DNA from: Marsupella aquatica
Taxonomy: Eukaryota; Plantae; Marchantiophyta
Direction of reading: 5' to 3'
DNA length: 64,000 nucleotides
Assembly (NCBI GenBank): GCA_973895155.1
Contig: OZ316891.1
Location: 4,869,708-4,933,707 of the forward strand
Positions within the stretch are counted from its first letter, which is position 1, and every line of letters begins with the position of its first letter. Positions 16,546 to 28,327 of the stretch are shown here, in pieces. Position numbers and translations under genes: made by a program. Under the pieces are notes generated by a model. The model made no database searches and had not been told where the DNA came from. It was given only the letters and a program-made list of their open reading frames with translations.

Positions 16546-17821
16546 ACTAAAATCCTACTGTACGTAGAACGACTTTTGTTGCAAAAAGAATTCCCTGACA
16601 TTGCCGCCAACAATGTACGACATTGGCGCCAATGTACAGTATAAGCGCATACGTGCAATTAATGCGTGGTTCGGTGCAAGCCGTCCATGTTGCCCTCTAA
16701 TATTACATGGCCACATGGGTCTTAGTAACTGCACATCCATTTTTCTGTAATATCTTGCATCCTTTGGTCAAACCACCACTGTCGACACCAGGCCCGTGAC
16801 CAAAGAGGTTTGGTCAGAAAAGTTGACTATTGTAAATATTCCTCTTTAGTATTGCATATTGTATTTTTTAGAATCATATGCAGAGAAATAGTATGCAGAA
16901 AAATAATATGCTGATAAATCATATGCGCAGAAAAAAGATTTGGAGGCATTTTCAGGCTGGAGGCATTTTCAGGCCCCCATAAAAAAGCTGAACTGTTCAG
17001 CCAATCAAAGAAGAAGTGTCCAAAATTTCTCACATTTTCACATTTAGATACTCTAGAGTGAGACTTTGCTCCTCAATTTCAGGACAAAATAACTAAATAT
17101 AGTGAAACCTGGTGAATGAAGGTTTTCACATGGACAATGGCCCTTTAAATGGAATTTACAGTGCAAAGTGCATTTGGTGGTTAAGTGCAAATTTCATTGC
17201 ACAAGTGCATTTTGTGGGTAAGGTGCAGGCCGGCCATGTACTGTAGTACTCTAACATCACAGCAATTGTTTTTGTAAATACACCAAAAGATGCAGTTTTC
17301 ATAAGTGCGAGTAGACACTCATTAAAGAGTGAATATATAAGTGCATTTCTGTCTATAAGTGTACACAAACATTTATGCGTTAGAAACACATCCATAAGAA
17401 GTATTGGTTGATAGGTGGTGAGGGCTAGAGGCATGAAGCCCTGCAGACACATCAAAATGTGGTAATCTAGAGTGTGCACTCAAGGATTTGAAGATAATAA
17501 CTAGTGTTATCATGGTATGGAGGGATGGCGTACATCGTATATGTCATATTTTTATGTGCAGTTAATGGGACCAATATGAAGAGTACTATTTGTGTGACCT
17601 GACAAACATATGAGTAAGTGCATCAGCAATTTTCCATGCACTTATTTGGTAGTACAACCAAACACATATTGAGAAGTGCATAAATGATATCCCATGCATA
17701 CGCAGTGGGTACTATGGAGAAGTGCAAGCAATGGGGTGTCTCGCCGAAGCCTGCACTAAGATAAGGTAGACACTATAGTTAACTGATCCAGTCGTTCAGA
17801 AAAATTTAGTGGTGAAAATCA

Positions 17822-17936
17822 GAGTGATTTGCTTAATCGACCCTCTCCTGCAAAACTTTTACTTAATCAACCCCCTCCAAACTTTTTTTCCCCAATCGAC
17901 CCCCTCTTTATGACCCGTACAGAATGTTCTTCTAAA
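17822..17936 (+). repeat. MULE left terminal inverted repeat
   Basis: gagtgatttgcttaatcgaccctctcc...agaatgttcttctaaa is the reverse complement of 35190-35304; contains three AATC(G/A)ACCC subrepeats. Confidence 0.95.
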
Positions 17937-18822
17937 AGCTCTTATACCGTGCCTTTTTTGGTTACTGGGTGGATTGTGACTGTATGCCTCAACCACGAAC
18001 TATGCAAGCCTCAACCACGAACCATGCAAATATTTGACAGTGAACCGCGCCCGTTACCGGGGCTCGAACTGAGTGCAGGAAACATTGTGGAGGCATGTCA
18101 CTTCTTCTTGCGCCGCCTGTACGTCGACATTAGGGCTTTTGAAATTTGAAGACATTCATGTCAATGTTTTCACAATGAAACCTCGTCTTTTGCAATATTC
18201 TCTCATTACATCGTTTTCATTCATTCATGCAAGAACGGCGACGAGACTTTCACAAGGCGCACGCACCTGCCAGAACCAAAGAGGATAGGAAGGACACACA
18301 ATGCACATGCACGGCCATTACTCACAGCGGAAGAGGTAAAGTTTGTCAGGAATCCTAACCTGTATCATTCTGTTTTCTTTTCACGATTTTACAAATGTAA
18401 TACTTGTACACTATATATTCATGATATCCTTGTGTTCCCACTGCAGTTGGAAGACCGAGAATTTCAAATTGCTATTCAACAGATGGCAGGATCAAATAAT
18501 CATTCTGGGATAGGTGTTCTCACAAATATTCCACAGGTAATGTCTTTGTATACCTCAACCACAATGTCTTCTTTGTGTTCCATGACAATTTTTATGTATA
18601 CAATTACATCAATGTCTTCTTCCCTTTGTTTTGTATACATCGACACCACTGTCTTTTGTGTTTCCATATATAGTAGCATGAATTTCTTCTGTGTGTATTG
18701 CAAAAGCAGGTTCGTGCATTGCTTGGACCTCTGGACCCAAATACTCTCCAGAGGAACACAACCGTGGCAAAGAAACCACGCACAATAGTTCAGCATAGTA
18801 GTGTGTGGCTACCTGGGTCACA

Positions 18823-21800
18823 TGCCCCAAGGCACAACCCTAATACAATAAAAATGAGGAACCCATCTGCCACAGGAGTGTGCGGGGAGCTGTCTAGATT
18901 TAGGCCTGTGGTGCGTCCCATGGCTCCCTAAACCCAAGAAACCCCCCAGCTCAAGCCGATTCCCGCAGGTTTCGTGCTTGGCGAGGCCGTTTCCGCGGCT
19001 TAGCGGCATGGGACGCTGCTAACCTTCTACTACTACTATTAACATTTTACACACATATACTGGACAGATCCTTCATCGGGTCATGAGATACGTAGCCGGC
19101 CTAATATAGGCCTTCCCCTGTCTTCCCCTGTCTTCCCCTCCGTCTTGTTAGGTATGTTTGGATTCTGCCGCTGGAATGATCCCCAATAGGCTTGGTTAAG
19201 CCGCTAAGACCTCTCTTAGCTCGACACATCCAACTCTCACTCCCCTGCTTACTATCATTCCTTCTGTTGATGTGGGCACTCTTCACACAAGTTAATGCGA
19301 CACACAAATAGCAAAATGACTCATTCTGACTGAGTCATACCATGCACTTGCCATACAAACAGTACATCTCATACACAAGTTCTGCGAACTAAGCCGTGAG
19401 GCCAACTCTATTCAGCTCTTAGGCATGAGGAAACATGAATATACACAAGGGTCACTGTATGACTAACCGAGAGCTTCTCGTACTACTTGATCCCAGCCCG
19501 GCTGGTGCAAACTAAAAACTTGCTAAAGAAGAGGCCCTGAGCTCCCCGCTGCCCAGGTACTTATCCTGGTAGTGGATCCGCCATTCTTTGCATCGTAAGC
19601 CTAATCTACTTAACAGTAATCTACTTGCCCGAATCTACCTATGTAAAGCAAGGCAGGAGCACAAGTGTTGCTCCTACCAGTGGGACCGCAATCCCACTAA
19701 GCTAAGTGTCAGGGCCGCTCCTGGTTCTGATCCTAATCCTAAACGTGGAGATCCGCGCCCGCCCTGCCCACTCACGCCTCCTCCCTCCACGTCCGCCCTC
19801 CCTAAAAGGAACGGCGCCCTTGCACCGTCACGACACCGGTGGTGGATCCTTAATGGACGCCCCCAACGCTTCCTCCTCAGCCACTGCCGTAGGCTCATTC
19901 CCTGACAGATTACCTGCCCTTGACTGAGTCAACTCTCCATCGGCCTGACTGGGTCCACCATCGGCGTCGGCATCGGCTCGAGAATCGGTTACGGCCTCAG
20001 CCTCGGCTACGGTCTCCCCGGCCTGCTCAAGAGGCGGATCTGGAATACTGGCCTCCTTACTGAGTAGTTCGGCTTGGGCCGCACCATCCCTACCTGTGAT
20101 CATAGCGGGATCTATTGTCGTATTCATGTCGGAGGATGGTGCTGGTTCTACCTCTTTGGTCACCACGGCTTGTGGAGTCGGATTACTCCTTGACCCTGAA
20201 GGTTTCCGCTTTTTCTTCTTTTCTGGTTCGGCAGCTGGTCCCTTCCCCTTCCCACTTACCTCCGGCACTGGTGCAGTTGGCGCGGCTTTTTCTTCGGCCA
20301 GTACCACTCCTGGTAACTTGGTTGCCCCAATTGGAGTTGGGCCTGATGAAGACAAGCACCTAAATACTGCGGCTTGTTTCTTCAGCCGCTCCGTTTGGTT
20401 GTCGGCCCGCCGCTGGAGGTTCTCCATCTTCCTCGTGATTTCCTCCAACTCCTCCTGGGTCTCATCCAGGTCCTTGCGTGCCTCCTCTAGTTCCTTCTGG
20501 GCTTCCTCCCGTTCTTGTTTCAAGGTAGTCCTCTCCTCCTGGGTTGCTTTTAGCTCCTTGTCGAGCTCTGCAATGATGACAGACTCCATCTGGTTCATCT
20601 TGGCGTAAGTCTGTTCGAGCATCTCGTCCTTCTCCCTTAGGTCGGCCGTCAGGGACGCAAGCTCCTGCTGCAGCGCCATAATCCCTTGATAGGATTTCCC
20701 TAACTCGGCCTCCTTCTGCTCAAGGGCTCCGCGGATTTTCTCGAGCTCCCCTTTCAACGCCCATTCCTTTCTTTGGGTCTCCGCCATGGCCCGGCTGTTG
20801 GCTGTTATGTGGGCCTCCTCTATATTCTTCAGCTCTTGCTTCCACTTCTCCCTCTCTTTGATCGTGTCGGCCAACTCTTCCTGCGTCTGAGTTAGTTTAT
20901 CCTTGATATTCTGATTATCAGCCTGCGCGGTGTCCAACTGCCCCTGCATGATGTTCAGCTCATGTCGTTTAATCCGCAGTTCATCTTGGGCTTTCTTGGC
21001 CGTCCTTAGATCTTCAATCTCGGCTTCCATCCTCCTAAGCCGCCGAATGACCTCGTCCTTCTTGCTTCTCTCTAAAGCCACCGCTTCTTCTAATTGGTGC
21101 TTCTCCAACTGCTCCCTATGGAAAAAGGGTCCTACCTCCAACTCCTCTCCAAAGATGCCGAGCGCAAGTTCCCCAGACATCTCACCATACTCCATGGCTC
21201 TATTCTTAGCGTAGGTGGAGTAAGTAGAAGTGATCGGCATCGCCCATCGCGGCCTCTGCTCCCAAGCCGTCCTGCGGATCTCTTCAATCGTGGCTAGAGG
21301 TTTGCTTCCTTTTTTGGCTAGCCGCCTGATGTCCTCCGGCCAATCTCCTCCTGGTAAATCCTTTTCCTTAGCCAGGGCGGCCTCCTCCTCCTGCTTGATT
21401 CGCTCCTGAAATTCCTGCACTGTCTGTTTTATGCCGTCGAAGCTCGGGGGAGCAACATCTGGTGGGGGAGACTCAGGGCTACTCTGTTGGTTGGGGTCCC
21501 CTCGCACTACCCTTGGAAGTGTGGGGACAAACCGGCCACAGGTCCTTACTCCTGGAACGTGATGGTCCGACCCATAGCCGGAATTATCATGGCTGCAGTC
21601 CTCCACTGCCTCCTCTACCTCTTGGACGTCCGGCTTCTCCCTCTCCTCTTCGTCGGTAGGAGCTTCAGGCAATTCTGCCTCAGATTCGGAGCTTGAGGTT
21701 CCCACGTACATTCGAACACCTGGCTTGGATTCCGGCCTGATTCTCTCCTTGTCTCCAGCAAAGGGGTTTTCTCTTGTGAGCCGGTGTAGGCCTACCTCTG

Positions 21801-23558
21801 TAGTAGTGTCCTGCATTGTTGCCGTTGCCGTTGTTGTTGCCGATGCCGATTTCTTTTCTTTCTCCAGTAGTTTCAGCAGACTCTGCATGCCTGGTTGCTG
21901 TATCGGCAAGTCTTCCTTCCTGGGCCTAAACACCTGCTCGATCGTAGGACTAACAGGTGGTTGAGGCTTCTCAGCCAACGGCCTCGGCGTTGGAGCTTCC
22001 TCGGGTGCCCTTACCTGCAGGGGAAGTACCGGGGCAAAAGTCTGACCTCTGGCATACCGGCACAACAGCGGCATGTGATAGCCCAGCCGCGACACGCTCC
22101 CCATGCCGATTACCTGCTGCTCCTCCTTTAAGATCTTCTTCAATTGGTTGAGGAGGTACCCGTTGTAGTCCCGGCTTGGGTCTGGCCTTTCTGCCAGATA
22201 GACCTGTGCCTTGCCGATCTCTGCCCTCGGCAAGTTACAATGCATGGTCACCCACAAGAAGTCGATCATCTCTCCTATGTGCGGGTTGGTGCAGGTGTTC
22301 CGGAAGAAGCCATTCTTCGTTGATGGCCCGGGGAACGACCGGAACTCCTTGTCAGGCAAGGTCTTCCTGGTATCAACTTTGGTCTTATTGCCTATCGGCA
22401 GGCCAAACACTTCGGCAATTACCTTGGGAGTAAGATAGAAATCCTTCCCATATATCCTCGTGCAATTGGTCTCGGGTTCCCATGACCCCACGAATTCTAA
22501 TAGGTCTGACTCCGGTACCTCCGGCTTCAGCCATGGTAATCTTACAAAGGCCTCCAAGCCGGATCCGGCCATGAAGCCTTGGTATCTCTTGGTCTGCATG
22601 GCCGTAAAGCATGCATCCTCCTCCCGTGCAAAATGTAGTTGCACCTCCACCGGTAGGGTTGCCGCCCAGCCCTTCCAGGTGTCATCCCTGGTTGGAATGG
22701 CCTTGATGGGATCGACCTCCTCCTCTTCGGCTTCTCCCTGCCTCCTGCTCTGTTGCTCGGCTGGCTTCTTTGGTGCCGCCGACCTCGTTCTTTTTGCCGG
22801 GGTGGCTTCATCGTTGACGGCTCCCTTCCTCTTCATCTCTGCTACCGTGGAGGTTTCTCCTAGCACCGTTGCCTGGGTCCACCTTTCCGTGCTACCCTTT
22901 AATTCCCAATGTATGTCGTTGCAGTTCTTGATGGCCTCTCGGATGCCGACGACGCTGTCTTTGCAAAACAGAAGATCGTCGAGTTGATTGGAAGTAGGCG
23001 TCCACAGGAACTCGTCCTTGATGAGTTCGCCTCCTAAGAAAGCCGTCTTCTGCAGCTCCCACAATCGAGCGAGCTCCTGCCATTCTCGAGCTGCCCTTTC
23101 TGACTCCTCGTCCTTGTAAGTCTTGATGTACTCAGTTGCCCGTTCGAACAGGCATCCCCAGAAATGTGCCGCTTGATTGACGTTGCTCATACCCTCCTTA
23201 GGTCGATCGTCGGTATCTACTCTCTCCCCGAGTGCTTGCCTAAGCAGCTGACAGTAGTTGGCCTCCCGTAGTCGTCTGCCTAGTTCGTGCTCGCAAATGA
23301 GCCACCATCTCCTGCAAGCGCTCCTTACCCCTCTCCTCTGCCGGTCCTTCTTCCCGTTGATCCTTCCTAGCCGCCGACGCTTAACGCGCCTTAACCCTAA
23401 TCGGGTTTTCACCCTCAGCCTTACCTCCGGCCTCGGCCCGGGTTCCATGGTTGCCCCTAATTGTTTATATTTTCCTTGTTTTGTCCCTATACTAAGGTGT
23501 TCCTAGGGTGCCTTCCTGCTTTACCCACTTAACCGGCCGAGTGATTCCTGTCTAGGCA
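18823..23558 (-). mobile_element. 4736-bp TG...CA insertion with 5-bp TSD (giant solo-LTR-like unit) inside the MULE transposase
   Basis: TSD TCACA at 18818-18822 and 23559-23563; ends TGCC...GGCA; no direct terminal repeats and no gag/pol seen; TATA-like CCTATATTAG on the minus strand at 19110-19101. Confidence 0.85.
19828..23448 (-). CDS. 1206-aa retroelement accessory protein: basic N-terminus, plant-transposon-protein (Transposase_32/PMD-like) domain, long coiled coil, low-complexity tail
   Basis: Intact ORF; GLEAFVRL..LLEFVGSW..IYGKDFYLTPKVIAEVFGLP resembles extra ORFs of plant Ty3/gypsy (Tat/Athila) elements; E/K/Q-rich heptads at about aa 780-1030; KKKKRK NLS-like. The domain assignment is by eye. 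Confidence 0.75.
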   Translation of the reverse strand: MEPGPRPEVRLRVKTRLGLRRVKRRRLGRINGKKDRQRRGVRSACRRWWLICEHELGRRLREANYCQLLRQALGERVDTDDRPKEGMSNVNQAAHFWGCLFERATEYIKTYKDEESERAAREWQELARLWELQKTAFLGGELIKDEFLWTPTSNQLDDLLFCKDSVVGIREAIKNCNDIHWELKGSTERWTQATVLGETSTVAEMKRKGAVNDEATPAKRTRSAAPKKPAEQQSRRQGEAEEEEVDPIKAIPTRDDTWKGWAATLPVEVQLHFAREEDACFTAMQTKRYQGFMAGSGLEAFVRLPWLKPEVPESDLLEFVGSWEPETNCTRIYGKDFYLTPKVIAEVFGLPIGNKTKVDTRKTLPDKEFRSFPGPSTKNGFFRNTCTNPHIGEMIDFLWVTMHCNLPRAEIGKAQVYLAERPDPSRDYNGYLLNQLKKILKEEQQVIGMGSVSRLGYHMPLLCRYARGQTFAPVLPLQVRAPEEAPTPRPLAEKPQPPVSPTIEQVFRPRKEDLPIQQPGMQSLLKLLEKEKKSASATTTATATMQDTTTEVGLHRLTRENPFAGDKERIRPESKPGVRMYVGTSSSESEAELPEAPTDEEEREKPDVQEVEEAVEDCSHDNSGYGSDHHVPGVRTCGRFVPTLPRVVRGDPNQQSSPESPPPDVAPPSFDGIKQTVQEFQERIKQEEEAALAKEKDLPGGDWPEDIRRLAKKGSKPLATIEEIRRTAWEQRPRWAMPITSTYSTYAKNRAMEYGEMSGELALGIFGEELEVGPFFHREQLEKHQLEEAVALERSKKDEVIRRLRRMEAEIEDLRTAKKAQDELRIKRHELNIMQGQLDTAQADNQNIKDKLTQTQEELADTIKEREKWKQELKNIEEAHITANSRAMAETQRKEWALKGELEKIRGALEQKEAELGKSYQGIMALQQELASLTADLREKDEMLEQTYAKMNQMESVIIAELDKELKATQEERTTLKQEREEAQKELEEARKDLDETQEELEEITRKMENLQRRADNQTERLKKQAAVFRCLSSSGPTPIGATKLPGVVLAEEKAAPTAPVPEVSGKGKGPAAEPEKKKKRKPSGSRSNPTPQAVVTKEVEPAPSSDMNTTIDPAMITGRDGAAQAELLSKEASIPDPPLEQAGETVAEAEAVTDSRADADADGGPSQADGELTQSRAGNLSGNEPTAVAEEEALGASIKDPPPVS

Positions 23559-26152
23559 TCACAAGGCCACCTCCAGAGTACAATGAAGAAGGTTTTGATT
23601 GTTTACCCTACTGCCCATTTAGGGTCCGTTGTCATAGGCAGGCGCATAGCGAGGCGCATATCATTACCGTGTGTGATTTGAAACACACTTGCCCAGCTTC
23701 AAAACACAAGTGGAGGGGCCCTACACAAAAAGCAGTGTGGTTGGGAGACACATTGGCACCTAGAGTATGTAGAAATCTAAAGGTGCCTGTGAAGGAACTG
23801 TTGTGCGGGTTTCAGGGGGACTACAAAAAAAACAGTACTTACCACCAGATGTGGCGAGCAAAAGACTATGTACGGGATTTGCATCTTGGTGGGCAAGAGG
23901 ATACCTTTCAAATGATTCCAGCGCTCATTGCTAGGGTGAGAGAGACTGACCTGGTGTAGTGGCTGTGTGGTCCACTATGGGAGACTCCATAGTTTTCCTC
24001 CAAGCATTCATTTGCCCATCAGCTACACGAAAAGCATGCAGCTTTATTCAGCCTCTAATTTCTCTTGATGCATGTCATACAAAGAATAGGAAGTACCCCA
24101 CTCAACTGTTCTTAGCTACATGTTTGGATGGAAATGGGCAAGGGCTGATTTTGTGTTATGGAGTAGCTCCAGTGGAGAATACTGAGAATTGGATCTGGTT
24201 CCTTGAATTAGTTGATAGATCCTTGTACGGCATTGAGTTGCCTAACATGCCACTCATATCAGACCGACAGAAAGGCCTACTTGCCGCTGTGAGTTATGTG
24301 TGGCCAGGTAAGATACATGCAACATGTGCAAACCACCTGAGAGCAAATGTCAAGAACAGGCATGGGAAAGCAGCAGCAGACATTTTTACAGGATGCATAT
24401 ATGCCAATGATGAAAAACAGTAAGTCCAAAAACCTTCATTGCTTTCATTCTACAGCAGACACTACTTTCTTCTTGTGTATACACCACATACTCGGTGTTC
24501 AATACACTAATATTACCTCTCCTTGAATACATAATGTGAAGTATGCAAACACACAAATGTCTTCTTTGTTGATTGTATACATTAACATCAATATTTTCCC
24601 CCTGTGCACCTGTATCAGATATGAAGCATGTTTGAAGCGGCTGACAGAGTCCAAGAACGCATATGAGAATGAGAAGGCTGCAGACTACATCAGAAGTTTT
24701 GATGTGAAACTTTATGCTAGGCATGCCTTTCCACTTCCCCGCATGGCAAAGGTTACAAGCAACCCTGCTGAGCAAGCAAATTCAGGCTTACTCCCCTTGC
24801 GCGAATTTGCTCCTTGCAAGTTGATGGAGCGCATGTGGGTATATGTTCAACAAAAGTTTAAAGAAAGGAAAGCAGTTGCGTTAGCTAGACAGGAAGTACT
24901 CACTATTCCAGCCCTGGTCAGGTACAACAAGAATCTCAAGACATTTGGTCAATGGCAGGTAAGCTTCATTCCTGGTCTTGGGTATGCATAACTACCAACG
25001 TCTTTTGTATACTGTAACATGAATGTCTTCTTACTAACTATGTTTTTAATATGATTCCTAATAGCCAGGTTCTCACATGCTTAGGTATTTGATGATGGTG
25101 CGTCCACAGCCAAGGTTCAAACTACATCATAGAGTGAGGAGTACCTAGTATCGCTATCACCAAAGAAGCGTTGCACTTGTTGGGAGCTGCAAGAGATGGT
25201 GTCGCCATGTGAGCATATAATGGCATGGGATGACCAGGAAGGCAGAAACTTTTCTGCTCATTTTCATAGATGTTGGCGGACTGCTTCAATTAGGGCTTTG
25301 TATGACAATGGTTTACCTAGCTTTATTGTATCAGACTTAATGCCAAGTCCAAATTGTGTAGCTCCTACGGCTGTTGTGAAAAGAGGCAGACATAGAATGG
25401 TGAGAATTGAACAGGGTCATGGAGGGGGGAGGCATCCACCCAGGGCTCTTGGAGAAGGCCAAGATTCTGTAATTGACTCCCTTGGACAACTCTTCTTGAG
25501 ATATCCACTAGATGATGATCCTAACATGGTGGAACCCTTTTCAACAGCAAACACTATTGCTGGACTTCCAATTGTTCAAGTTCAATCGAGGGCAAAGAAA
25601 GTCGGGCCTAACACTGGGAAGAGCAAGTGTAGTAAGTGTGGGCAGGTTGGACACAACCGAAGATCTTGTGATAAACTCCATAGTGCGACGCCAACAAATC
25701 CGCCAATAGTAAGAATCCTGTGTGTATCATTAGTTGTGGGGATAAGTTCATGTGTGGTCTCATGCTAGGGTCTTATTTTCAAACTGCCTTGATATGTAGG
25801 TGGATAATGGTGGTCAACGGGATGTGGAGCACCCACCTATGTCACCCTTTGCTTGGGAAGAAGAACTACTCCAGACTGAATATAGTATTGTATCGACAGC
25901 ACCAACATCTAGCATTGGACAAATTCAGAGCACTGTATCTGAGCCCCTTCTGCCAAATAGTGAACAACAATTGCCACAAGCTTTCATTGATAGGTGCATG
26001 GAGCTGGCAAATGAGGCTGCGATAGAGTGTGAGACATTTGGGTCACAATATCATGTTGATATTACTGAACCTCATTAGTATCATGTTTCTTTGGTTGGCT
26101 TCAAAATAGACTCTATTCACATGTTCAATTTTTCCACCATTATTCTGTCATG

Positions 26153-26373
26153 TGTACACCACGTCCATGTTGTCTTCCCGATTCTCTTCCATCCTTGCAC
26201 TTGGAGACCACTTCCATGTTGTCTTCCCGATTCTCTTCCATCCTTGCACTTGGAGACCACTTCCATGTTGTCTTCCCGATTCTCTTCCATCCTTGCACTT
26301 GAAGACCACTTCCATGTTGTCTTCCCGTTTCTCTTCCATCCTTGCACTTGAAGACCACAACCAGAATGTCTTC
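26153..26373. repeat. 49-bp tandem repeat x4 within the MULE
   Basis: ccatgttgtcttcccgattctcttccatccttgcacttggagaccactt starting at 26165, 26214, 26263 and 26312. Confidence 0.95.
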
Positions 26374-26447
26374 AGAACTTTGTTACTTCATTCATCGGTC
26401 TTGAAGACATTTACCATAATGTCTTCAAATTTGAATTTACTTCCGCA

Positions 26448-27506
26448 ATGACGTTTGCGGGACCGTTGGGCGGCGTTGAGTATTCAACAAGCTTGTGCGC
26501 GAGTGGGAGGGCTAGCGGAGGGAGACAAAAGTGAATGTCCAAGGAGAGGGAGGAGGTCAGTGGAGAGCCGAGGTCTAAGGAGAGTAGTGCAGTGGAGGGC
26601 GGAGCTGTGTGAAGATGGAGATCTGTGCTTCCTCCCACACAAGGAGGGATTGAGGGCAAAGATTCACAAGACTGTACATGTGCAGCGCCTGCAACAGCGC
26701 CAGGGACTGGCAATTTTTGGAGGAAGTTGGCAATGGCGAAGTTCAATGAAGGCAGTCTTGGTTTCGTACTTCAGTTCTTTTGGGCATTGGGGTTCGCTGT
26801 GTGGACCGTAATTGCAGTTTTGAGTGCACTATTCTTCTTCCTCCACAACATGTTCAAACGACTTCTGTCTTTGTCTCTAGTATGGAATGGAGATAGGCCA
26901 CATCGATTTATGTCGCTGCAGTCTCCACTTGCTCAGAGTCCAGTGCAATCAAAATCAGAAGTCAACAATTCCCTTGTACTGCCTACTGTCGGGCTACCAA
27001 AACCTGCAACTCATCGGCAATTGGCTGCTAATGTTGGCCCAATACAGGCTCCTGCAAAGCATGTGTTGGTAGCTCCATCTACGCCATCCCCACAATCGGA
27101 CCTTGCACAACCTCAGCTAGGCACCCGGGTGGGAGTACAAGCGCAAACTTCTACATCTCGCTCAAAGTCAATTGCTCTTCCATACAATTGTGATCTAGGC
27201 TCTACCTCAAAGAAAAAATGGTATGCAATTGCAAAGGGGCGCAGTCCTGGAATATATCATACTTGGGAGGAGGCAGAATGTCAGGTCACTGGCTTTAGTG
27301 GAGCTAGTCACAAATCATTCAGGTCCTATAGTGATGCGGAGGCCTGGATTCAACGACATTTCAGTGCAATGGGTGCACAATGGAAGGCTCCTACCAGAGT
27401 AGATGGTCATAGGGTGAATGTTGAGTTACTTGGAGTAGATGAGTCGGGGCATGAAGTATTCAGATGCGCCTGTTGTGGGGAAGTATTTTGTACCAATGAG
27501 CTATAG
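26448..27506 (+). CDS. MULE accessory ORF with a hydrophobic segment, RNase H1 N-terminal hybrid-binding (Cauli_VI, PF01693-like) domain and a C-terminal Cys cluster; the 5' part has two in-frame TGA stops
   Basis: KKKWYAIAKGRSPGIYHTWEEAECQVTGFSGASHKSFRSYSDAEAWI is a clear HBD/viroplasmin signature, followed by FRCACCGEVFC. The frame of ORF 26625-27506 extends back to the ATG at 26448 through two TGA codons. Confidence 0.75.
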
Positions 27507-27716
27507 ACCAAAGTGGCAGCAAGTTGTAACAATAGCTCATGAAGTAGCAATACAATTTTGTTTGGTTGTAGTATTGAAGTCTACAATAGCATTGTACTCC
27601 AAAATTTTGAGATGTTATACATTTTTTCAAGCTTCTATGCAGTTCCCTCATGTGCATGGCGTCAATTCTCATGTGCAATGTGGTGCAATACTCTTGTTGT
27701 CACAGAAAATGTTGAG

Positions 27717-28327
27717 TGTGGTGCAAAGACAATGACCATAATGTCTTCCAGAAATCACCACATTCACCCATTTACCCCCCCCTCCCGCGAATGGCATGGG
27801 TGAGCAAAATATACTATGCCTGCCAAAGACGCAGAGTGTGGTGCGAAGACAATGACCAAAATGTCTTCCAGAAATCACCACATTTGCCCATTTACCCCCC
27901 CAAATGGCACGGGTGAGCAAAATATACTTTGCCTGCAAAAGACGCAGAGTGTGGTGCGAAGACAATGACCAAAATGTCTTCCAGAAATCACCACATTCGC
28001 CCATTTACCCCCCCCCCCCCAAATGGCATGGGTGAGCAAAAATATACTCTGCCTGCAAAAGACGCAGAGTGTGGTGCGAAGACAATGACCAAAATGTCTT
28101 CCAGAAATCACCACATTTGCCCATTTACCCCCCAAATGGCATGGGTGAGCAAAATATACTCTACCTGCAAAAGACGCAGAGTGTGGTGCGAAGACAATGA
28201 CCAAAATGTCTTCCAGAAATCACCACATTTGCCCATTTACCCCCCCAAATGGCATGGGTGAGCAAAATATACTCTGCCTGCAAAAGACGCAGAGTGTGGT
28301 GCGAAGACAATGACCAAAATGTCTTCT
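27717..28327. repeat. About 113-120-bp tandem repeat x5 within the MULE
   Basis: gtgtggtgcgaagacaatgaccaaaatgtcttccagaaatcaccacatttgcccatttac(C)n aaatggcatgggtgagcaaaatatac..aaagacgcaga; unit length varies with the poly-C tract. Confidence 0.95.

Larger units (their letters stand above)
18230..26078 (+). pseudogene. mudrA: MuDRA-like transposase, spliced, split by the 18823-23558 insertion and carrying stops/frameshifts (5' start uncertain)
   Basis: After removing the insertion the frame reads CVATWVTRPP..CPFRVRC..HTC (MuDR zinc ribbon); DDE core SLDACH / LISDRQKGL / CANH / TSNPAEQAN; SWIM CTC..PCEH; knuckle CSKCGQVGHNRRSC; GT-AG introns near 18336, 18537, 24420 and 25709. Confidence 0.9.

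Noticed and set aside
20096-23506. Plus-strand ORFs overlapping the 1206-aa gene
   Set aside because: Antisense shadows of a long coding frame, with no independent motifs.
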